Origin: Candidatus Yonathbacteria bacterium
GTDB lineage: Bacteria > Patescibacteriota > Minisyncoccia > Phycocordibacterales > UBA1550
Assembly (NCBI GenBank): GCA_003483855.1
Contig: DMXP01000005.1
Span: 29,202 to 93,201, forward strand
Length of the DNA stretch: 64,000 nt
Reading direction: 5' to 3'
A program made the position numbers and the translations under genes. Shown in pieces: positions 58,271 to 64,000 of the stretch; the stretch's first letter is position 1; every line of letters begins with the position of its first letter. The notes under the pieces are model-generated. The model worked only from the letters and a program-made list of their open reading frames with translations. It did not search any database and was not told where the DNA came from.

Positions 58271-59308
58271 ATGGACATAATAATCATAGTGCTTCTGTTG
58301 GTTGCAATTTGGTATCTCGCGCAACTGACAGTCTGGCTTTGTGCCAGCATTGGTATCTTTTGGATTACACCAAAAGAAGGAACCGCTGTTGCCATTATGC
58401 GCAACAAAAAATTCCATAAAATGTTGCTACGCTACACTGGTCACCACTTTAAAAGCCAGCGCAGCGCTTATAAACCGTCAGAAAACAATCTTGATGGATA
58501 CGAAATTGAGCAAGAAGAAATTTCTGAAGAAATTTCTATGTTTACTTCTATCGTCTTCCCTATCCGCGGAGTTTCGTGGATAGGCATCCCGCCATTTTAC
58601 AGCGTGTACAGTTACAAATTTAAATGGATGGATGACAGGTTCGTAATGCGTGATCCAGAAGAGATTGAGTGGATCCTCGTGCAAAAATATGTCTATGGCC
58701 TCGTTCTAGACAATATTGAGCTTGAAGGAGGAATCCCTTACACAATCAAACTTCTAATTACACTTCAGGTTACAAATCCGGCAAAGGCTTTATTTCGTGT
58801 TAAACGTTGGCTTGATGCAACAATGGAAAGAGTCTCTGGTTGGTCGCGAGATGAATTCTCCACTTTGTCCATAGATGACTTCGTTGTAGCAGAAGGCGAC
58901 AGGGAAATGGCGGAGTCAGAAGGTCATGCTGGGCCGAGACTTGAAAGAGCTCTCAAAAGGATAATGAATTCTGCAGAAAAAGACATAGAGCCAGAGTTTG
59001 GCATTGACATCAGCATTGTTCAGGTTGTAGAAATAGACCCTGCCAATGATGAGATGCGAAAAATCATTATCCAAAGAGAAGTAGCGAAGCAACAAGCTGC
59101 GGCGGTAATTGAAAAAGCAAAAGGCGAAGCGGAGGCGATAAACATTGTCAATGCTGCGGCGGAAAAAATGAGCGACAAAGCAATGATGCTCAAGGGATTC
59201 CACGCAATTGAAAACGCTGGAGCAAATGTAACGCTTATCGGGAAGGATCTTAATCTTCCCTCAATGCTTCAAATTCCAACATCTAACAAAGAAGGAGGTG
59301 CTAAATGA
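58271..59308 (+). CDS. SPFH/Band-7 (stomatin/prohibitin/flotillin-like) membrane protein
   Basis: N-terminal TM, SPFH core, and a C-terminal coiled coil EMRKIIIQREVAKQQAAAVIEKAKGEAEAINIVNAAAEK typical of the family. Confidence 0.8.
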   Translation: MDIIIIVLLLVAIWYLAQLTVWLCASIGIFWITPKEGTAVAIMRNKKFHKMLLRYTGHHFKSQRSAYKPSENNLDGYEIEQEEISEEISMFTSIVFPIRGVSWIGIPPFYSVYSYKFKWMDDRFVMRDPEEIEWILVQKYVYGLVLDNIELEGGIPYTIKLLITLQVTNPAKALFRVKRWLDATMERVSGWSRDEFSTLSIDDFVVAEGDREMAESEGHAGPRLERALKRIMNSAEKDIEPEFGIDISIVQVVEIDPANDEMRKIIIQREVAKQQAAAVIEKAKGEAEAINIVNAAAEKMSDKAMMLKGFHAIENAGANVTLIGKDLNLPSMLQIPTSNKEGGAK

Positions 59309-60138
59309 TTAACAGTTTGTTGTGGATATTGTTGATTCTGGTAATTGTGACTGCCTCTTTGGGGTCACTTTACTTTTTGAAATTCAACAAGTCAGCACCT
59401 GCAGTAGGTGGCAATTCATCGCAACCAAAACAACCAACCGCCATAGGCAAGATCTATGCTGGATGGGGTAAAATGACGCCAGGCTCAAAAAAAAGGGTTT
59501 GGCTCATCGTCCTTTCTGTCATAGCGATGTTGGTTGCCGCAGCGTCAATGCCAAAATCAATTGCAGCAGAAAGTTCCCCAGAAAATGTCTATCTCTGGGC
59601 GGGTATTATTGCCCTTTTGGGGGTTCACTTTGTCTGGGCAGTCTACTCGTTTAGCGAAAAAGTAAGCTGGATGGAAACAACAATTCTATACGGCATCATT
59701 TTCTTCTACGGGTTAACGTTGGTATTTCCGCAAGTTGTGCCGATACGTGATGCTTTATGGGGTCTAACAAATAAAGCATTAACGGATGCGCAGGAGGTAA
59801 TAGTATCCGCTAACGAAAAATACGGGGAAACACCTTCTGCTCCACAAGTACAGCAGTCAGCAAGCGCGCCAGCGGTGTATCAGCCACAGACACGAGTGAT
59901 TGAGATGACGGCCACCGAGGATGAATTCACGGAAGTGAAAATACCTTCGGGTGTACATTTCTCAATAGACTGTCCTGATGACGGGCTTGCAAAAGTCTTT
60001 CATCGTGATGCGCAACAAGGAATCATCTATGATTGCGCGCAGACTGTTGAGGTTGGCGAAAACCTGCACAACTTCCGTATTGGATTCTCTTCAAAAACGG
60101 AAACTCCTGTGTTGGTGCGAGTTCGCATCACATCGTAG
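59305..60138 (+). CDS. hypothetical 4-TM membrane protein with C-terminal soluble domain (SPFH operon partner)
   Basis: Overlaps the SPFH stop by 4 nt (ATGA). There is no NfeD-like serine protease signature. Confidence 0.55.
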   Translation: MINSLLWILLILVIVTASLGSLYFLKFNKSAPAVGGNSSQPKQPTAIGKIYAGWGKMTPGSKKRVWLIVLSVIAMLVAAASMPKSIAAESSPENVYLWAGIIALLGVHFVWAVYSFSEKVSWMETTILYGIIFFYGLTLVFPQVVPIRDALWGLTNKALTDAQEVIVSANEKYGETPSAPQVQQSASAPAVYQPQTRVIEMTATEDEFTEVKIPSGVHFSIDCPDDGLAKVFHRDAQQGIIYDCAQTVEVGENLHNFRIGFSSKTETPVLVRVRITS

Positions 60139-60160
60139 ACTTAATTTGCAATTCAACTCA

Positions 60161-60193
60161 AAAGCCCACAGAGCAATCTGTGGGCTTTTTTCT
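60161..60193 (+). terminator. rho-independent terminator of the SPFH operon
   Basis: aagcccacag-agcaat-ctgtgggctt followed by tttttc. Confidence 0.65.
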
Positions 60194-60283
60194 TTACCCG
60201 CTTAAGTTTTCTGCTTGCCTGTCCTGATTTCATTGAAACCCAGGTAGATAAGAAAATTTTGGCGGGTTTGTGTTTACCCAAAC

Positions 60284-60526
60284 CTATCTGGAGAACCCCA
60301 TCACAAACTCATTGATGAAGTTTAGTATCCCCCACACGCTGAGCATAATAGAAAGACCAATAACTCCCCACATCATATGTTTCTTTCCTTCTTGTTGAGC
60401 GTCCTCACTACTTTGGTCCTTTACAAACTTCATTACTCCATACAGAAAATATCCTACAGCCAAAGCCATAAGTAGCATCACTATCGGCTGAAGGATAGCG
60501 TCGTTAATTTTCTGAATGATGTTCAT
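60284..60526 (-). CDS. small two-TM membrane protein, paralog 1 of 5 (VirB2/TrbC-pilin-like topology)
   Basis: 80 aa. GYFLYGVMKFVKDQSSEDAQQEGKKHMMWGVIGLSIMLSVWGILNFI shares the FL(W/Y)...charged loop...WG(V/I)IG...(M)VS(I/M)WG(L/I)(V/L)NF pattern with the next four genes. Confidence 0.6.
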   Translation of the reverse strand: MNIIQKINDAILQPIVMLLMALAVGYFLYGVMKFVKDQSSEDAQQEGKKHMMWGVIGLSIMLSVWGILNFINEFVMGFSR

Positions 60527-60547
60527 TGTGAGCTTTTTTAACCTATA

Positions 60548-60895
60548 CTAGAGAGAAAGCGAAGGCGCGGTACGCGTAGTTGTGTCTAGCTTTGCTGAAG
60601 ATGTAAGAAAGTTTACTAGGCCCCAAATGGACACCATCACTGCAATACCGATAACACCGTATATCATTCCTCCTTGCTTTTCCTTGCGCGCCTCAGGGTC
60701 ACCAGCGGACATTACATAACCAAATACGTTCCAAAGAAAATACACAACAGCTCCAGCGAGAATAAGCACTGTTAATGTACTGAGTCCATCCTTCAAAAAT
60801 GCGATTAGCCCAGACACAGTGCTTGCCCCTTGCGCAATCTGCGCTCCTGCCACAAATGGTGTTAAAATGAAACCTAATGCAATAATCTTTTTCAT
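60548..60895 (-). CDS. small two-TM membrane protein, paralog 2 of 5 (signal peptide)
   Basis: MKKIIALGFILTPFVAGAQIA signal peptide, then VVYFLWNVFGYVMSAGDPEARKEKQGGMIYGVIGIAVMVSIWGLVNFL. Confidence 0.6.
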   Translation of the reverse strand: MKKIIALGFILTPFVAGAQIAQGASTVSGLIAFLKDGLSTLTVLILAGAVVYFLWNVFGYVMSAGDPEARKEKQGGMIYGVIGIAVMVSIWGLVNFLTSSAKLDTTTRTAPSLSL

Positions 60896-60977
60896 ATTTA
60901 TATTTATATTTATTAATTTACCTACGATAATTAAGGCCCGCTCGTATGCATATTATTATACGAAACTTGTGAAAAAA

Positions 60978-61265
60978 CTACAATGGTCGTTCAAACCGCT
61001 CCAAATTGATGCGGTCTGAAGTGTTTAATTTGAGCGAACCAGTGACAAAGTTTACCAACCCCCACATAGACACCATTACAGTGATAGCAATAATGCCCCA
61101 CACCGCTTGTTTCTTCACTTTTGCAAGCTCCTCTGGGTTGTCGTTGTTCTTGTACACCCCCATCATGTTCCATAGGAAAAAAACCACAGCCACACCCAGA
61201 AAAATAGAGAAAAACGGCGTTATGACCGTGTTAATGATGTAGTTAATAAATTCCTTGAAATTCAT
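60978..61265 (-). CDS. small two-TM membrane protein, paralog 3 of 5
   Basis: From MNFKEFINYII: VVFFLWNMMGVYKNNDNPEELAKVKKQAVWGIIAITVMVSMWGLVNFV. Confidence 0.55.
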   Translation of the reverse strand: MNFKEFINYIINTVITPFFSIFLGVAVVFFLWNMMGVYKNNDNPEELAKVKKQAVWGIIAITVMVSMWGLVNFVTGSLKLNTSDRINLERFERPL

Positions 61266-61270
61266 AATTA

Positions 61271-61762
61271 TTACTGGGTAAGCGTTGAAACAGTCTGCCC
61301 GATAATCTGCGCAAATCCCCACGCACCGAGGAGGATAAATGTGCCAATAATACTATACCAAAGGATATTTTTCGCTTCTGTTAATTTCGTGTCATTTCCT
61401 TGCGCGCTTACAAAAAGGAACCCAGAATAAATGAAGGCGAGGACGATAAATGGCATAAGCACCTGAACAGCGGTTTTTGTGACAGCGGTGGCAAACTGAG
61501 AGAACGTGGAATATTTTATTGGGTTTTGGAGTTTTGTGTTTGCGGAGAGGCCAGAAGTACCGCCTGAAGGCGCTGTACTTCCTGATGGCGCTGTACTTCC
61601 TGATATTGATGGAGCAGAATAACCGCTAGACATCACAGGGAGGGAACAATCAATACCAATGTAATCTGGATCGCCAGGAACGCACTGATCTGCCATTGCA
61701 AAAGAAGGGATTCCTATCAAAACAGCCAATAATGTCGCGCCAAATATTTTTTTCATATCCAT
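61271..61762 (-). CDS. small membrane protein, paralog 4 of 5 (signal peptide, Cys pair, Ser/Thr/Pro-rich linker)
   Basis: Signal peptide, DQCVPGDPDYIGIDC, then SGSTAPSGSTAPSGG encoded by a direct DNA repeat at ~61560-61610, then the C-terminal two-helix module FIYSGFLFVSAQGNDTKLTEAKNILWYSIIGTFILLGAWGFAQIIG. Confidence 0.55.
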   Translation of the reverse strand: MDMKKIFGATLLAVLIGIPSFAMADQCVPGDPDYIGIDCSLPVMSSGYSAPSISGSTAPSGSTAPSGGTSGLSANTKLQNPIKYSTFSQFATAVTKTAVQVLMPFIVLAFIYSGFLFVSAQGNDTKLTEAKNILWYSIIGTFILLGAWGFAQIIGQTVSTLTQ

Positions 61763-61777
61763 AGTATATCTTATTTA

Positions 61778-62179
61778 TTATTGAAACATAAACTGCATAA
61801 AGCTTGCCTGTTCGTCAGTCAAAAACGCAAAGAGTACTGTCTTGATAAGGATATACGCCCCGAGCATCACAAGGAACCCTACGCCAACACCTTGGAAAAT
61901 ACCGGTTGCCTTAGTCTTTGCTTCTTCTTTTTTAGGATTTAATATTAACAAAGCCCCAGCATACATAAAGCGAAGTGCAGCTAAAGGCACCGCAACAGCA
62001 AAGATTAAGAACTTTATAACATTATTAACTAGCATAATCAGATCATCAAATCCACAGTCTGGACCGTTGCATGGGATGCCAACTTGCGCCCACGCAAACA
62101 CTGGAACTGCAAAAAAAGTAAGCGACAAAATCCACGCTATTATTTTTTGATTTTTCATTACAGAATTTGTATTTTGCAT
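61778..62179 (-). CDS. small membrane protein, paralog 5 of 5 (signal peptide, CNGPDCGFDD)
   Basis: Signal peptide, CNGPDCGFDD, then ALRFMYAGALLILNPKKEEAKTKATGIFQGVGVGFLVMLGAYILI. Alternative start at MKNQKII. Confidence 0.55.
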   Translation of the reverse strand: MQNTNSVMKNQKIIAWILSLTFFAVPVFAWAQVGIPCNGPDCGFDDLIMLVNNVIKFLIFAVAVPLAALRFMYAGALLILNPKKEEAKTKATGIFQGVGVGFLVMLGAYILIKTVLFAFLTDEQASFMQFMFQ

Positions 62180-62207
62180 ATTTAGTTCGCTAATTATTCT
62201 ATCGCAT

Positions 62208-62263
62208 TACATTCTACATTCGACATTCTACATTCTACATTCTACATTCTACATTCAATATTC
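62208..62263. repeat. tandem heptamer array (tacattc)x8 upstream of the paralog array
   Basis: tacattc tacattc gacattc tacattc tacattc tacattc tacattc aatattc, read directly from the sequence. Confidence 0.6.
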
Positions 62264-62273
62264 TACCCTACCA

Positions 62274-63596
62274 TCATTGCTGTTGATAATCCTGCAGAAT
62301 CTTTGAAAGACTACCGTGCGCCACAGTGAGCGCCTCGTTCATACTGCTACGACCGGAGTTCACGCTCTCAATCATATTCATAAAAATAAGATTTGTTTCC
62401 GCAGATGATGGGTCGTACCAAGCGCGTGAGATGAGAGCGGAGTCATAAAAAACCGATAGTGCAGGGTCCGTTGGTCTAACAGAAATGAGGTCGCGTCGCA
62501 CCGGTGGAAGCTTTAATAGGTCGCTAATTCCAGTAATAACCCTGCTTCCAGAAAGAAGTGTTGTAGCGCGCAATGCCCCTGCTTGATTTTTCCCTGACGC
62601 CACAATTGCCACACCGTACATGCGACCAAACGTGAGTTTCTTTGCTGTCATGCCGACCTGTGGCACTACCGCCACATCAAAGTTTAAGTGTGGATTCATT
62701 TGTTTTATTAATTGATTTTCGCTCGCGTAGCCAAAGTAGAGAGCCAAGTCTCCCGACTGAAACATCGCGCTGGATTGAGGCAATGAGCGATTCCACGAGT
62801 ATGAATCCTTTTCTGGTTTCGAAAACTCTGTGTAAAAACGCATTGCTGTAACTACTGGATTTTCAATGTTTGCAGGACCCTGAATGGTGAGACCGGCTGA
62901 AAGCGAACCATTTTTGCTAATTACAACAGAGCTTCCCGCCTGCATTAAAAGGATAGAGAGGATTTCCTTTACGTTGGTAACATTTCTGTATTCACCGAAT
63001 GGTACGAGACTCTTTAAAATGCCTCCCGTTCTGCTACGAACAGTAATCTTTGGAACTAGATCATAAAATTCTGTCCAGTATTTTGGAGGCGCGGTGAGAA
63101 GCGCATTGGTAAAAATATCGCGGTTCCAATACATCACGATTGGGTCCACAATAAAAGGCAAGGCGACGATGCCTTCAGGACGGAGAAACATCTCCCCTTC
63201 TTCTATAAATGTATTTTTAAAATCACGTTCACGGATTGTTTCGTACGAAATTGGAGCAATCTTATTAAGATTTGCTATTAATTCGTCTTGTGGAAGTATT
63301 ACCATATCGGGGCCCTTGCCACTAGCAAGCGCTTCAACAAAATCCTTCGTAAAATTTTCGGGTCTTTTTTCTACATATTTTATGCTCACACTCCTCTCGT
63401 CACGAAAAATGTTTTCAATGAGTGTTTGCATTATTTCCTTAGGCACACTTCCCCATAGTATCACCTCACCATAATTGATATCTTTTTTACTTGTAGGAAG
63501 TGGGATTTTCCCAGAAAAACCAAGGAACCCGAGTATGAGCAAAACGACAAACACACCTGTGAGAACTATTTGAAAAATTTTTGGTCGCTGTGGCAT
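62274..63596 (-). CDS. extracellular solute-binding protein (ABC-type SBP family 1-like) with N-terminal TM anchor
   Basis: 440 aa. N-terminal TM, then ...NYGEVILWGSVPKEIMQTLIENIF...GKGPDMVILPQDELIANL... typical of MalE/UgpB-like binding proteins. Confidence 0.65.
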   Translation of the reverse strand: MPQRPKIFQIVLTGVFVVLLILGFLGFSGKIPLPTSKKDINYGEVILWGSVPKEIMQTLIENIFRDERSVSIKYVEKRPENFTKDFVEALASGKGPDMVILPQDELIANLNKIAPISYETIRERDFKNTFIEEGEMFLRPEGIVALPFIVDPIVMYWNRDIFTNALLTAPPKYWTEFYDLVPKITVRSRTGGILKSLVPFGEYRNVTNVKEILSILLMQAGSSVVISKNGSLSAGLTIQGPANIENPVVTAMRFYTEFSKPEKDSYSWNRSLPQSSAMFQSGDLALYFGYASENQLIKQMNPHLNFDVAVVPQVGMTAKKLTFGRMYGVAIVASGKNQAGALRATTLLSGSRVITGISDLLKLPPVRRDLISVRPTDPALSVFYDSALISRAWYDPSSAETNLIFMNMIESVNSGRSSMNEALTVAHGSLSKILQDYQQQ

Positions 63597-63611
63597 ATAG
63601 TTAGAATTATA

Positions 63612-64000
63612 TCAGGACTTGAACAATAGCAAACCATAATGGTGCTCGCCGACTGGGACTTCGTTTTTTAGAACAAAACCTTCCGCCTCGCAAAGTGCTA
63701 GAGCAGTGTCCTTTGTCACCACCATTTTCGGCGCTGGGCCCAAGTTGTTGAACGAGTCAGTCCAGTCTATCAGAAAAAGCTTGCCACCGACTTTCAAAAT
63801 ACGACTCGCCTCGCGAAGGAGCCCCGACTTGTCCTCCGCCTGGAAAAGAACGTTAGAGATAATTACCGCATCGCATACTCCGTCTTTTATTTTAGTTCCG
63901 CCGATATTTTCAATATTCCCCCATAGAAGCTCAACATTTTTTAGTCCGCGACGTGTCGCCTCGTCTTTAATATTAGTAAGAAAATCTTTTTGCACCTCCA
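63612..64000 (-). CDS. class I SAM-dependent methyltransferase, N-terminus outside window
   Basis: C-terminal 127 aa (CDAVIISNVLFQAEDKSGLLREASRILKVGGKLFLIDW) with post-motif II/III. The ORF continues beyond position 64000. Confidence 0.6.
   Translation of the reverse strand, partial: EVQKDFLTNIKDEATRRGLKNVELLWGNIENIGGTKIKDGVCDAVIISNVLFQAEDKSGLLREASRILKVGGKLFLIDWTDSFNNLGPAPKMVVTKDTALALCEAEGFVLKNEVPVGEHHYGLLLFKS

Noticed and set aside
62208-62263. Heptamer tandem repeat considered as a CRISPR array
   Set aside because: Units are 7 bp with no spacers, and there is no leader or cas genes. It is a simple tandem repeat, not CRISPR. The same holds for the 3x ttttgac in mnmA.

Overview
This 64-kb window reads like a streamlined, largely single-strand (minus) bacterial chromosome segment of Patescibacteria/CPR type. 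The CPR assignment is an inference from reduced core proteins, the small gene repertoire and ~45% GC.

Core content:
- RNA polymerase: rpoB and rpoC (rpoC runs off the window start).
- A split F1Fo ATP synthase operon: atpBEFHAG, then a 2.4-kb inserted islet, then atpDC.
- Aminoacyl-tRNA synthetases (alaS, leuS), translation and tRNA-modification genes (trmD, mnmA, miaA, trmH-like, infB, rbfA, ychF, rpmG).
- Stress genes clpB, an HtrA-like protease, Fe/Mn superoxide dismutase, a peroxiredoxin and a cysteine desulfurase.
- Cell-wall genes ddl and mltG.
- A MacB-like ABC transporter with an atypical receiver protein.
- Ten tRNA genes, five of them clustered at 57.0-58.1 kb.

Accessory or unusual content:
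1. A five-gene operon ending in a membrane-anchored Mrr-cat nuclease, wedged between trmD and the rpoBC promoter.
2. An ATP-cone plus PD-(D/E)xK nuclease fusion.
3. An islet inside the atp operon carrying a solo MazF/PemK-like toxin, a snapalysin-like zinc metalloprotease and a secreted protein.
4. An SPFH/Band-7 operon followed by a tandem array of five paralogous small two-helix membrane proteins (VirB2/TrbC-pilin-like).
5. A frameshifted DUF2493/SLOG-like gene.
6. Several families of short palindromic or mosaic noncoding repeats: a 27-bp double palindrome that is even inserted in frame into mnmA, a ~170-bp MITE-like element in two copies, mosaic repeats flanking tRNA genes, and heptamer arrays.

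No rRNA genes and no CRISPR array were seen. All calls are from reading the sequence and translations only. No database search was possible.
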